From an uncultured bacterium (GTDB lineage Bacteria; Caldisericota; Caldisericia; B22-G15): a stretch of DNA of 24,961 nt. Made by a program: the position numbers and the translations under genes. Position 1 is the stretch's first letter. Each line of letters begins with the position of its first letter. The stretch is from the NCBI GenBank assembly GCA_965612865.1, contig CBFDTJ010000015.1, positions 1-24,961 on the forward strand, in the 5' to 3' direction. Below, piece by piece: positions 9,391 through 19,088 of the stretch. Below the pieces are notes generated by a model. That model did no database searches and was not told the DNA's origin. It saw only the letters and a program-made list of their open reading frames with translations.

Positions 9391-10766
9391 CCCTTACCTC
9401 CAACAAGTGCATTACTTATAAGTATATGGGGAGAACCATGACTCACCGGGAGCGGATACTGATTTCCCTTTCCACATCCACCACCAGAGTCGTGTATCTC
9501 GAAATCATTACCTATACCTACGATATTTTTAAGAGTTGTGAACACATTTCCAGAAAGAGAGATGTTTTTGACCATTTCTGAGATCTTCCCATCTCTTATT
9601 ATGTACGAAACTTCAGGCACAAATGTAAATAGTTCTCCATTGGTTTGACCACCAAAAGCTCCCTTTGCATAAACTCCAAACTTCACATCTTTTATAAGAT
9701 CAGGAAAATCAACCTTACCATTTTCTATACATGTAATTCTCATCCTCGGTATAGGAGGGAAGTTATAGGATAGTGCCCTTCCGTTACCTGTAGCTTCTTC
9801 CTTCATCTTTCCTGCAGTTTCCCTTGAATGCAATCTTCCATTAAGTATTCCATTCTTGATAAGGTAAACCTTTTTTGTTTTTACACCCTCTGAATCATAC
9901 ATGACAAAACCTCTCTTACCCTCCATATCACCTGTATCAAAAACATTAAGTTCTTCTGAACCAAAAACCTTTCCAATCTTCATGATCTTTTTTAAGTTCT
10001 CATTTTCGTAAATGTTGTCTCCTTCGCTTAGATGACCAAAGGCTTCGTGTATGAAAACTCCCCCGAGCTCCTGATCTATAACAACAGGGAAGTTTCCTCC
10101 CTGTATCTCCTTGGCATTCAACAGCTCAATTGCAAGTTTTGCCTTTTCTTTGATTTCCTCCTCAAGACCAAACATCACAGAAATATCATTGCTACTCCCA
10201 AAACCAACTTTACTCCTCTGTGTCTCTTTTCCATTACTTGCAATTGCTATCATGGTTGATCCTATATCTATAACATCCTGCTCAACATAACTTCCCTGAG
10301 AATTAGCAAAATAGACCTTTTTAACCGTATCGTGATACCTTATAAATGTTCCCACTATTTCCTTTCCAGCCGAGAAAAAGATGTCATTATATCCCATGAG
10401 TGTTTTTACCTTCTCCTCAAGGGAAACATCTTCAGGATGTTTGATTACTCTGGGTTTAAACTTTACTTCAATTACATCAACAGATGCAAGAGTGGCTTTC
10501 TCCTTTACAAGTCCCTTCAGGGTCTTTGCCTGAGATATGGCATCTTCAACCTTTCTTCTTATCTCCTCAAGACTATTGAAGTATACAAAGCCCCATACAC
10601 CACCTACCAGAACTCTGGCATTTCCTCCAAAGAACCTACCTCTCTTTAAAGTCTCTATGCTTCTTCCTTTTATTTCAACTCCTGTCTTCTCTCCCTTTTC
10701 AACCCTGATTTCCAGATAATCAACATCATCTCTTTTCACAATACTTCTTATTAAATCTTCAATCAA
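9387..10766 (-). CDS. tldD: TldD metalloprotease subunit
   Basis: GVFIHEAFGHLSEGD, YDSEG, TGNGRA, PIPRM and GGCGKGNQYPLPVSHGSPH (conserved Cys). AAGGAGGT SD with TTG start. Confidence 0.93.
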   Translation of the reverse strand: MIEDLIRSIVKRDDVDYLEIRVEKGEKTGVEIKGRSIETLKRGRFFGGNARVLVGGVWGFVYFNSLEEIRRKVEDAISQAKTLKGLVKEKATLASVDVIEVKFKPRVIKHPEDVSLEEKVKTLMGYNDIFFSAGKEIVGTFIRYHDTVKKVYFANSQGSYVEQDVIDIGSTMIAIASNGKETQRSKVGFGSSNDISVMFGLEEEIKEKAKLAIELLNAKEIQGGNFPVVIDQELGGVFIHEAFGHLSEGDNIYENENLKKIMKIGKVFGSEELNVFDTGDMEGKRGFVMYDSEGVKTKKVYLIKNGILNGRLHSRETAGKMKEEATGNGRALSYNFPPIPRMRITCIENGKVDFPDLIKDVKFGVYAKGAFGGQTNGELFTFVPEVSYIIRDGKISEMVKNISLSGNVFTTLKNIVGIGNDFEIHDSGGGCGKGNQYPLPVSHGSPHILISNALVGGKG

Positions 10767-10875
10767 ATTTGTACCTCCTTTCTAAGTTTCTAATTAATAA
10801 TAAAAGATAGAGAGAATTATTTCAATTACTAAAAATCGTAATTCTCTTCACAAATCTTTTCCTTTATTTTTTAAG

Positions 10876-10889
10876 TGCTATAATATAAT
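10876..10889 (+). promoter_or_regulatory. Extended -10 promoter of the por operon
   Basis: TGCTATAAT (TGnTATAAT) at 10876-10884 with an overlapping second TATAAT, about 50 nt upstream of porC. Confidence 0.65.
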
Positions 10890-10934
10890 AAGGTTTTGGC
10901 AATAATTAAAATCAAATAAATGGAGGAAAGAAAA

Positions 10935-11501
10935 GTGAAAGAGGTGTTTGAGGTTAGAATTCATGGAAGAGCAGGTCAGGGTGCTAAATCAGGGGGTCAG
11001 ATCTTAGCACTTGCCGCTTTTAAAGAGGGTAAAACAATTCAAGCCTTTCCTGAGTATGGCTCGGAGAGAAGAGGCGCTCCAACAGTTGCCTATACAAGAA
11101 TCTCTGAGAAAGAAATAAGATCTCATGAGCCTATAGTTAATCCAGATGCTGTAATCGTTCTTGATGACACACTTTTATACACAATTCCTGTAACTAAAGG
11201 CTTACCCGATGAAGGAGTGTTAATAGTTAATACTGTGAAGAGTCCTGAGGAGGTAAGAAGAATAACCAAGTTCAAGGGAAAGATCTTCACGGTAGATGCA
11301 AGTGGAATAAGCATAAACAATGTAGGTAGAGATGCTCCAAATGTTCCATCCCTTGGAGTTCTTGTCAAAGCTTATCCCTTTGTCAAGCTAGAATCTATTG
11401 AACTGGCTATAAAGGAGATTTTTGAAAAGAAGATAGGAAAGGAAAAGACAGAGGCAAACATAAAGGCTCTTAGAGAAGCCTACAAGGAGGCAAAGTCATG
11501 A
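10935..11501 (+). CDS. porC: 2-oxoacid (pyruvate):ferredoxin oxidoreductase gamma subunit
   Basis: EVRIHGRAGQGAKS and QAFPEYGSERRGAP. GTG at 10935 follows GGAGG (10922-10926) and is preferred over ATG 10920. Confidence 0.9.
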   Translation: MKEVFEVRIHGRAGQGAKSGGQILALAAFKEGKTIQAFPEYGSERRGAPTVAYTRISEKEIRSHEPIVNPDAVIVLDDTLLYTIPVTKGLPDEGVLIVNTVKSPEEVRRITKFKGKIFTVDASGISINNVGRDAPNVPSLGVLVKAYPFVKLESIELAIKEIFEKKIGKEKTEANIKALREAYKEAKS

Positions 11502-11848
11502 GCGAGAAGGTAAAGTGGAGTGAACTCAAAGGATGGAAGGAGATACCCATAGGTGGAAACCTGCCAGCTAAGACTTCTCTGGAATACAAAACTGGAAACT
11601 GGAGAACATTCAGACCGGAATTTGATCCAGCTCTATGTACTCACTGTATGATATGTGTTCATTACTGTCCAGATTCCGCAATACCTGTAATCATATCTGA
11701 AGAAGGAGTTAAAGGTTTTAGAGATAGAATATATAAGGGTCCAGTTAGACTTGAAACTGACTTTGAATACTGTAAAGGGTGTGGCATATGCGCTGAGGAG
11801 TGTCCCACAGACGCAATTAAAATGGTAAGGGAAACATGGGAGGATTAA
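11498..11848 (+). CDS. porD: 2-oxoacid:ferredoxin oxidoreductase delta subunit (2x[4Fe-4S])
   Basis: KTGNWRTFRP, CTHCMICVHYCP and YCKGCGICAEECP. Confidence 0.9.
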   Translation: MSEKVKWSELKGWKEIPIGGNLPAKTSLEYKTGNWRTFRPEFDPALCTHCMICVHYCPDSAIPVIISEEGVKGFRDRIYKGPVRLETDFEYCKGCGICAEECPTDAIKMVRETWED

Positions 11849-11849
11849 A

Positions 11850-13034
11850 ATGAGTGTGACAAAAGTTAAAAGCACAAAAAAACCATTAGCAGGAAATGAG
11901 GCTATTGCTGAAGCTATGAGGCAGATAAGGCCAGATGTTGTTGCAGCATACCCCATTACTCCTCAATCTCCCATAGTTCACACATTTGCAAAGTTTGTTG
12001 CTGATGGTGTAGTGGATACTGTGATGGTAACTCCAGAATCAGAACATTCTGCCATATCTGTGGTAACAGGTGCAGAGGCATCAGGAGCAAGAGCCATGTC
12101 TGCTACAGCATCACAGGGGCTTGCACTTATGGTGGAAGTTCTACCTGCAACATCTGGATTAAGACTACCGGTAGTTATGGCAATAGCAAATAGAGCATTA
12201 TCTGCTCCAATAAACATACATTGCGATCACTCTGATTCAATGGCAGTAAGAGATCTCGGGTGGATTCAGATTTACTCTGAAAATGCACAGGAAGCATATG
12301 AAAATATGTTTCTTGCAGTAAGACTTGCAGAACATCCAGATGTTCTGCTTCCAGCAATGGTTATGCTCGATGGATTCATCATAAGTCATGGAGTCGAAGT
12401 TGTAGAGGTGTATGATGATGAGGTTATGCATAAATTTGTTGGTGAAAGAAAACCAAAATTTTCTCTATTAAACTATAAAGAGCCATGGACAATGGGTCCT
12501 CTTGAACTAACTGATTACTACTTTGAAACAAAGAGACAGGAGCAGGAAGCCATGAAGAAGGCCAAAAAACTGTACATAGAGATAGGCAAAGAATTATCAG
12601 AAATCACAGGTAAAGAGTATGGATACTTTGAAAAGTACAAACTTGACGATGCAGAAGTGGGTATAGTGGTTCTCTCCTCTGCTGCAGGAACTGCCAAGGA
12701 CGCAGTGGATGAATTAAGAAAAGAGGGCAAAAAGGTAGGATTGTTAAAACCAAAACTCTTTAGACCCTTCCCGTATGAAGAGATAAGAGATGCTCTAAAG
12801 CACCTTAAGATTATTGGAGTACTTGATAGATCCTACTCCTTTGGAGCTTACTCTCCTCTTTATGGAGAGATAAGAAATGCCCTTTATGATCTTGATAAAA
12901 GAATTCCTATTCAAAGTTACATCTACGGTCTTGGTGGAAGAGATATATTCAAACACGAGATAAAAGAAGTCTTCAACGAACTTCTCCAGGGTAAAGTTTC
13001 AAGTGAAGAGAAGTGTATAGGACTTAGAGAGTAA
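11850..13034 (+). CDS. porA: 2-oxoacid (pyruvate):ferredoxin oxidoreductase alpha subunit
   Basis: GNEAIA, AAYPITPQS, ESEHSA, ATASQGL, NRALSAPINIHCDHSD, FRPFP and GLGGRD. Confidence 0.93.
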   Translation: MSVTKVKSTKKPLAGNEAIAEAMRQIRPDVVAAYPITPQSPIVHTFAKFVADGVVDTVMVTPESEHSAISVVTGAEASGARAMSATASQGLALMVEVLPATSGLRLPVVMAIANRALSAPINIHCDHSDSMAVRDLGWIQIYSENAQEAYENMFLAVRLAEHPDVLLPAMVMLDGFIISHGVEVVEVYDDEVMHKFVGERKPKFSLLNYKEPWTMGPLELTDYYFETKRQEQEAMKKAKKLYIEIGKELSEITGKEYGYFEKYKLDDAEVGIVVLSSAAGTAKDAVDELRKEGKKVGLLKPKLFRPFPYEEIRDALKHLKIIGVLDRSYSFGAYSPLYGEIRNALYDLDKRIPIQSYIYGLGGRDIFKHEIKEVFNELLQGKVSSEEKCIGLRE

Positions 13035-13044
13035 GGAGGAGAAA

Positions 13045-13998
13045 ATGAATATAAGAGAATTGGCTAAAATTCAGGCTGAGCAGGGTTTAAAGCTTGTTCC
13101 GGGGCACAGAATGTGTGCCGGATGTGGAATAAACACCATAGTTAGAACAATCCTTTCGGCCTCAAAAGATCCTGTTATTGTTGTAAATGCTACAGGGTGC
13201 CTTGAAGTTGTCACAACGATATATCCATACACTGCATGGAATGTTCCATGGCTCCATGTCACTTTTCTTAACGCAGCATCTGCTGCATCTGGAGTTGAAG
13301 CTGCCTATAGAGCACTCAAGAAAAAGGGAGTTGTCAAAGACAAAGTTAATATAATTGCCTTTGGAGGAGATGGAGGAACCTATGATATAGGCCTTCAGGC
13401 TCTCTCAGGTGCCTTTGAAAGAGGACACAATTTCCTCTACGTGTGTTATGACAACGAAGGATACATGAATACAGGTCATCAGAGAAGTGCAGCTACTCCA
13501 TTTGGAGCATCCACAACAACTGCTCCATCTGGTAAAGTATCCTTTGGAAAGGGAGAGTGGAGAAAAGATCTTGTGAAAATTGCAGCAGCACACAATATTC
13601 CTTATGTGGCTCAGGCTTCCATATGGAAAGTTGTCGACCTCTACAACAAAGCAGAGAAAGCTCTATCCATAGAAGGTCCAAAGTTCATAAATGTATTGAT
13701 GCCATGTACCACCAACTGGGCTTTCCCGGAGAATCTAACCATAAAAATAGCAAAACTTGCCACAGAGACAAATTTCTGGCCTATCTACGAGATTGAAAAT
13801 GGCGTACTTACAATAAACTACAAGCCAAAAGAGAGGAAACCAATTGAGGAATTCTTAAAGCTTCAGACAAGATTTAAACATCTGTTCAAACCAGAGAACA
13901 AGCATGTGATTGAAGAGATGCAGAAGAAGATTGATGAGGATTGGGAAAATCTTTTGAAGCTGGAGAGAATAACCCATGAAGAGGGAGTAAGGTTGTGA
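13045..13998 (+). CDS. porB: 2-oxoacid (pyruvate):ferredoxin oxidoreductase beta subunit (TPP-binding)
   Basis: GHRMCAGCG, ATGCLEV, GGDGGTYDIG...DNEGYMNTG (TPP motif) and PCTTNW. Confidence 0.93.
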   Translation: MNIRELAKIQAEQGLKLVPGHRMCAGCGINTIVRTILSASKDPVIVVNATGCLEVVTTIYPYTAWNVPWLHVTFLNAASAASGVEAAYRALKKKGVVKDKVNIIAFGGDGGTYDIGLQALSGAFERGHNFLYVCYDNEGYMNTGHQRSAATPFGASTTTAPSGKVSFGKGEWRKDLVKIAAAHNIPYVAQASIWKVVDLYNKAEKALSIEGPKFINVLMPCTTNWAFPENLTIKIAKLATETNFWPIYEIENGVLTINYKPKERKPIEEFLKLQTRFKHLFKPENKHVIEEMQKKIDEDWENLLKLERITHEEGVRL

Positions 13999-14003
13999 TA
14001 TTT

Positions 14004-14036
14004 AAAGCCCCAGAGTATTCTGGGGCTTTTTATTTT
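14004..14036 (+). terminator. Intrinsic terminator after porB
   Basis: AAAGCCCCAGA-GTAT-TCTGGGGCTTT stem-loop followed by a T-rich tail. Confidence 0.85.
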
Positions 14037-14049
14037 AAAGGAAGGAAAA

Positions 14050-15138
14050 ATGAAGACAACCCCATTGATTGAATTACACAAAAAACTTGGAGCGCATTTA
14101 ACTGAATTTTATGGATTCCTCATGCCCCTCTATTACAAATCTATAAGAGATGAACATCTATCAGTGAGAAATGGTGTGGGTATTTTCGATGTTTCCCACA
14201 TGGGGGAAATAGAGATAGGAGGAAAGAAAGCAAAACTCTTTGCTGATTACATTTTAACCAATAACATTAACTTAACATCCTACGGAGACGTTAAGTACAC
14301 CGTGATGTGTAATGAAGAAGGAGGAATCCTTGATGATTTGTTCTCCTACACATTTTCAGATGAAAGAATTCTTCTTGTCGTGAACGCTTCAAATATTGAA
14401 AAGGACTTTAACTGGATTAAGAAACATCTGTGGGATGGACTCAGTGTAAAGAACATTTCCAGCGAAATTGTGGAATTTGCCATTCAGGGTCCTCAGGCAG
14501 AAAAATTCCTCCAGAGCTTCACAGACTTTAACCTCTCTCAGATTGGTTACTTTAAATTTAATGAGATAGAAATTTTTGGAGAGAAGCTACTTGTTTCAAG
14601 AACCGGTTATACAGGAGAAGATGGATTTGAAGTATACATGAAAGCACCACTTGGAGAGAGAATATTCATGGATGTTCTTGAGAAGGGAAAGAAGTTTAAT
14701 CTACTCCCATGTGGCCTTGGTGCAAGGGATACACTAAGGTTTGAGGTGTGCTATTGGCTTTATGGAAACGATATTGATGAATCCACCAATCCTATAGAAT
14801 CCGGTCAAAAATTTCTTGTTGATTTTTCAAAAAATGACTTTATTGGAAAGAAAGCACTGGAAAAGATAAAAGAGGAGGGAGTAAGAAGAAAATGGAGGGG
14901 GCTTGAGGTTAGCGGTGGCATAGCAAGACATGGTTATAAGATCTTTAAGGACGAAAAAGAAGTTGGGTTCGTAACCAGCGGAAATTTCTCATTTATCTTA
15001 AATAAATCCCTTGCATTAGCCTACATTGACCTTCCTTATGGTAAAATTGGAGAAGAGGTTAAAATTTCAGGAAGGGGAAGGGAGTTTACAGGGAAAGTTA
15101 TTAAGAAACCTTTTATAAAACCAAGAACAAAAAAATAA
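14050..15138 (+). CDS. gcvT: Glycine cleavage system aminomethyltransferase (T protein)
   Basis: KTTPL, EHLSVRNGVGIFDVSHMGEI, VVNASN, SRTGYTGEDGFE, GLGARDTLRFE and GFVTSG. Confidence 0.97.
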   Translation: MKTTPLIELHKKLGAHLTEFYGFLMPLYYKSIRDEHLSVRNGVGIFDVSHMGEIEIGGKKAKLFADYILTNNINLTSYGDVKYTVMCNEEGGILDDLFSYTFSDERILLVVNASNIEKDFNWIKKHLWDGLSVKNISSEIVEFAIQGPQAEKFLQSFTDFNLSQIGYFKFNEIEIFGEKLLVSRTGYTGEDGFEVYMKAPLGERIFMDVLEKGKKFNLLPCGLGARDTLRFEVCYWLYGNDIDESTNPIESGQKFLVDFSKNDFIGKKALEKIKEEGVRRKWRGLEVSGGIARHGYKIFKDEKEVGFVTSGNFSFILNKSLALAYIDLPYGKIGEEVKISGRGREFTGKVIKKPFIKPRTKK

Positions 15139-15154
15139 AAAGGAGGAGAGTAAG

Positions 15155-15535
15155 ATGGCTAAAGTTGTTGAGGGTCTTTATTATGCAAAGACCGACGAGT
15201 GGGCAAAGGTAGACGGAGACACTGTGACTGTTGGTATCACTGATTACGCCCAGGATCAGTTGGGGGACATTGTCTATGTGGAAGAAGCAGAAGTAGGTAA
15301 AAAGGTAAAGAAGGGTGAAGCAGTTATATCCATTGAATCTGTAAAAACAGCAGCGGACATACATGCTCCAGTATCAGGAGAAATAGTTGAAGCAAACAAA
15401 GAGGTATCAGAAAATCCATCTATAATCAATGAAGATCCTTATGGAAAAGGTTGGCTCTTCAAGATAAAAATGGAAAATAAAGAGGATCTCAACGATTTAA
15501 TGGACTCCAAGGGATACAGCGATTACAGAAAGTAA
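15155..15535 (+). CDS. gcvH: Glycine cleavage system H protein (lipoyl carrier)
   Basis: VGITDYAQDQLGDIVYVE, IESVKTA (lipoyl-Lys), APVSG and NEDPYGKGWL. Confidence 0.97.
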   Translation: MAKVVEGLYYAKTDEWAKVDGDTVTVGITDYAQDQLGDIVYVEEAEVGKKVKKGEAVISIESVKTAADIHAPVSGEIVEANKEVSENPSIINEDPYGKGWLFKIKMENKEDLNDLMDSKGYSDYRK

Positions 15536-15536
15536 A

Positions 15537-16859
15537 ATGAAATACATTCCTTTAACGGAGGAAGACAAGAGAAAAATGCTTGAGGAGATGGGGATTACAT
15601 CCATCTCCTCTCTTTTTTCTGACATTCCAGAGGAGGTACTTTTAAATAGAGATTTGAATCTACCACCTCCTCTCAGTGAAAAAGAAGTAATCTCTCTTAT
15701 TAAAAAGACTTTCAAGGAAAATGAACTGCCCGAAAGAATATTTCTCGGAGGAGGCGCATATTTTCACTTCATTCCTTCCACCATAAATTATTTGCTGGAA
15801 AGAGGTGAAATATACACCTCATACACTCCATACCAGCCAGAACTAAGTCAAGGGCTTCTTCAAGCAATGTTTGAATTTCAATCTGTAATGAGTGATTTAA
15901 CCCATGCAGATATAACAAACGCATCTATGTATGATGGAGCTTCTGCTCTCGCTGAAGCAATACTGATGGGAGAAAGAATAAAGGGAAGAGGAAAAGTTGT
16001 TCTACCAGAAAACATAAATCCACAGTACAGGGAGGTAATTGAAACATACCTGAAACCAAGAGGCATAGAAGTTGTGGAGGTAGGCTTTACCAGGGAAGGG
16101 AGAATAGATATAGAAAAATTAAAATCAATCTTAAAAGAAAAAATCTCCTCTGTTGTGGTTCAGTCTCCAAATTATTTTGGAATTATTGAAGATATAAATA
16201 AACTGGGGGAAGTTATAAAAAACAATGATGCCCTTTTTATCCTCTCAATTGTTGAGGCATTATTCCTTGGAATAATCAAACCTCCTTTTGACTTTGGAGT
16301 TGATATTCTTGCTATGGAGGGGCAATCTTTTGGTATGCCTCTCTCCTTTGGGGGACCATACCTTGGAATACTTCAGACAAAGAAAGAGTATGTAAGGCAA
16401 ATCCCTGGAAGAATTGTTGGAGAAACTGTGGATAGAAACGGGAAGAGATGTTTTGTTATGACATTGAGACCAAGAGAACAGGACATAAGGAGAGAAAAGG
16501 CTACATCAAACATATGTTCAAATCATGCTCTAAAAGCCCTTGTTGCCCTTGTGTATCTTGCCACAGTGGGACCAGAGGGATTTAAAAAGATAGCAGAGAT
16601 AAACTATAAAAAGGCGCACTATCTTGCAAAGAGATTTGAAGATGAAGGTTTTAAACTTACTTTTTCAGGACCATTTTTCAATGAGTTTGCCGTCAATCTT
16701 CCCTTTAATGAGAAGGAGCTAAGGGAAAAGCTCTCACTTGTAGATATATATGGTGGACTGCCCCTTGAAGGTTATGAGAATTCTTACCTTTTTACAGTCA
16801 CAGAAATGAACAGCCTTGAAGACATAGAACTTCTTATGTGTGCTATTCTGGAGGGTTAG
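15537..16859 (+). CDS. gcvPA: Glycine dehydrogenase (decarboxylating) subunit 1
   Basis: [44 protein letters not shown] and [17 protein letters not shown]. Confidence 0.96.
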   Translation: MKYIPLTEEDKRKMLEEMGITSISSLFSDIPEEVLLNRDLNLPPPLSEKEVISLIKKTFKENELPERIFLGGGAYFHFIPSTINYLLERGEIYTSYTPYQPELSQGLLQAMFEFQSVMSDLTHADITNASMYDGASALAEAILMGERIKGRGKVVLPENINPQYREVIETYLKPRGIEVVEVGFTREGRIDIEKLKSILKEKISSVVVQSPNYFGIIEDINKLGEVIKNNDALFILSIVEALFLGIIKPPFDFGVDILAMEGQSFGMPLSFGGPYLGILQTKKEYVRQIPGRIVGETVDRNGKRCFVMTLRPREQDIRREKATSNICSNHALKALVALVYLATVGPEGFKKIAEINYKKAHYLAKRFEDEGFKLTFSGPFFNEFAVNLPFNEKELREKLSLVDIYGGLPLEGYENSYLFTVTEMNSLEDIELLMCAILEG

Positions 16860-16860
16860 A

Positions 16861-18279
16861 ATGAAACTTTTAAAGGAATTATCAAAGAAAGGAAGCAACA
16901 AATTCTTTATAGAAGATTTCAATAAATATGACATCAAGATAGAGCTTGATAAAAATCTATTGAGAGACGAAGTAGAGCTCCCGGACATTAACGAGGTCTC
17001 TCTGATAAGACATATAGTTAATCTTTCCCACAGAAACTATGGAGTTGATAGCGGATTCTATCCTTTAGGTTCCTGCACAATGAAGTATAATCCAAAGATA
17101 AGTGAAGAGATATCAAGAAGAGAAGAATTTCTCTATATGCATCCTTTACTTCCTGAGGATATGGTTCAGGGAAATTTGAAAATAATGTGGGAACTCTCAG
17201 AGCATCTTAAAGAGATAACGGGAATGGATGCCTTTTCACTTCAACCTGCGGCAGGTGCACACGGTGAGTACACTGGAATGAGAATCATATGGGAGTATTT
17301 CAAGGATAAGGGAGAAGAAAGAAGCGAAGTTATAGTACCTGATTCTGCTCACGGCACAAATCCTGCCTCCTCAGCAATGGTGGGATTTAAAGTGATTGAG
17401 ATTCCTTCAAAGGATGGAATAGTTGATCCAGAAGAGTTAAAAAAGGTTGTAACAGATAAAACTGCTGCATTTATGCTTACAAATCCAAATACCCTTGGAC
17501 TCTTTGAAAGAGACATTTTAAAAATAAGTGAGATTCTGAAAGAAAAGGGTGCACTTCTCTATTATGATGGAGCGAACCTAAACGCCCTTCTCGGCATAGT
17601 GAGACCAGGAGATATGGGATTTGACATAGTTCACTTAAACTTACACAAGACCTTTTCAACTCCCCACGGAGGTGGGGGACCTGGTGCCGGACCTGTTGGA
17701 GTTAAGGATTTCTTAAAAGATTATCTACCCTACCCTGTGGTTGAAAAAGAGGATGAAAGACTTACCTTTAAGAAACCAGAAAAAAGCATCGGGAGAGTAA
17801 GAAGTTTCTATGGTAATTTCACAGTTTTACTGAAGGCATACATATACATAAGATTGATGGGTGCCGAGGGTTTAAGAGAAGTCTCAGAGACAGCGGTTTT
17901 AAACGCCAACTACATAAAGGAAAAACTCAAAAAATATTACCCTCCCCTTGTTGATACAGTGTATAAGCATGAGTGTGTATTATCTGGAAAACCGTATAAA
18001 AAGTATGGCGTAAAGACATTTGATATTGCCAAAAGACTGATGGATTATGGATTTCATCCTCCAACTGTATATTTTCCTCACATAGTTGAGGAAGCACTAA
18101 TGATTGAGCCTACAGAAACAGAGACAAAGGAAACCATTGATGAATTTATAGATGCCATGATAAAAATTTCAAAGGAGGCAAAGGAAAATCCCGAAATTTT
18201 AAAAGAATCTCCTCACACCACAGAAATTTCAAGACCTGATGAGGTGAGGGCTGTAAAGGAGATGAAACTTAAGTGGTAG
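16861..18279 (+). CDS. gcvPB: Glycine dehydrogenase (decarboxylating) subunit 2
   Basis: [31 protein letters not shown] and [18 protein letters not shown] (PLP-Lys). ATG 16861 follows GGAGG (16850-16854) and is preferred over 16840. Confidence 0.96.
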   Translation: MKLLKELSKKGSNKFFIEDFNKYDIKIELDKNLLRDEVELPDINEVSLIRHIVNLSHRNYGVDSGFYPLGSCTMKYNPKISEEISRREEFLYMHPLLPEDMVQGNLKIMWELSEHLKEITGMDAFSLQPAAGAHGEYTGMRIIWEYFKDKGEERSEVIVPDSAHGTNPASSAMVGFKVIEIPSKDGIVDPEELKKVVTDKTAAFMLTNPNTLGLFERDILKISEILKEKGALLYYDGANLNALLGIVRPGDMGFDIVHLNLHKTFSTPHGGGGPGAGPVGVKDFLKDYLPYPVVEKEDERLTFKKPEKSIGRVRSFYGNFTVLLKAYIYIRLMGAEGLREVSETAVLNANYIKEKLKKYYPPLVDTVYKHECVLSGKPYKKYGVKTFDIAKRLMDYGFHPPTVYFPHIVEEALMIEPTETETKETIDEFIDAMIKISKEAKENPEILKESPHTTEISRPDEVRAVKEMKLKW

Positions 18280-19088
18280 AGGAGAAAAAAATCAAATTCT
18301 TCTATCCCAACAAAACATTAACCATATCCCTTACAGGAGAGTTCTGCGATAGACATTGTCTTCACTGCAATGGTGTTTATCTTAAAGGAATGACACCAAA
18401 AGAGATGGCAGTAAAAAAACTTGAAGAAGGAGATTATCTCTCTGTTCTTGTATCTGGTGGCTTTAACGAAGAGGGAAAAATACCAATAACACAAAACATA
18501 AATCTCTTAAAGAGGATTAAGAAACTCAAAAAAAGAGTTGTTATACATCCGGGATTTCTTTCCCTTAACGAAATTAAAAAGGTTAAACCCTTTGTAGATG
18601 CTGCATCATTTGATTTTATCTATGATGACGATTTAATAAAAAGAGTTTATCACCTTCCCTACACAGGGAAGGATTTCAGAAAGGAGTATCTTCTTCTAAG
18701 ACGAAACTTTAAAACCTACCCCCACATAATCGTTGGTCTTGACGAGGGCAAGATAAAAGGAGAGTTTGAAATAATTGATGTTCTTGCAGAGATAAAACCC
18801 TCTCTTATAGTCTTTCTTGTAATAATTCCCACCAGGGGCACTGCCTTTCAGGACATAAAACCTCCAGAAGTTGATGAGGTTTACAAAGTCTTTGAGTCTG
18901 CAAGAAGAAAATTGAGACTTACAAAACTGTATCTTGGTTGTATGAGACCAAAGGGAAAGTATAGAGATGAACTTGATGTGATGGCTTATGAAGTTGGATT
19001 TACAGGTTTTGTAAATCCTTCACAACCGTTAAAGAAAATGGTTAAAGATCCAGAAGTGTATTATGAGTGTGGAATCCTCTATCCTTAG
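18273..19088 (+). CDS. lipS1: Radical SAM protein, LipS1-type lipoyl synthase subunit
   Basis: [14 protein letters not shown] (CX3CX2C), SGG, PHIIVGL and GCMRP (LipS1 GC(M/A)R motif). Lies between gcvPB and a LipS2-like gene. Confidence 0.8.
   Translation: MVEEKKIKFFYPNKTLTISLTGEFCDRHCLHCNGVYLKGMTPKEMAVKKLEEGDYLSVLVSGGFNEEGKIPITQNINLLKRIKKLKKRVVIHPGFLSLNEIKKVKPFVDAASFDFIYDDDLIKRVYHLPYTGKDFRKEYLLLRRNFKTYPHIIVGLDEGKIKGEFEIIDVLAEIKPSLIVFLVIIPTRGTAFQDIKPPEVDEVYKVFESARRKLRLTKLYLGCMRPKGKYRDELDVMAYEVGFTGFVNPSQPLKKMVKDPEVYYECGILYP

Noticed and set aside
8071..10766. TldD/PmbA as a sign of a RiPP (microcin-like) cluster
   Set aside because: No precursor peptide, YcaO or transporter is nearby. Stand-alone tldD/pmbA pairs are widespread housekeeping genes.
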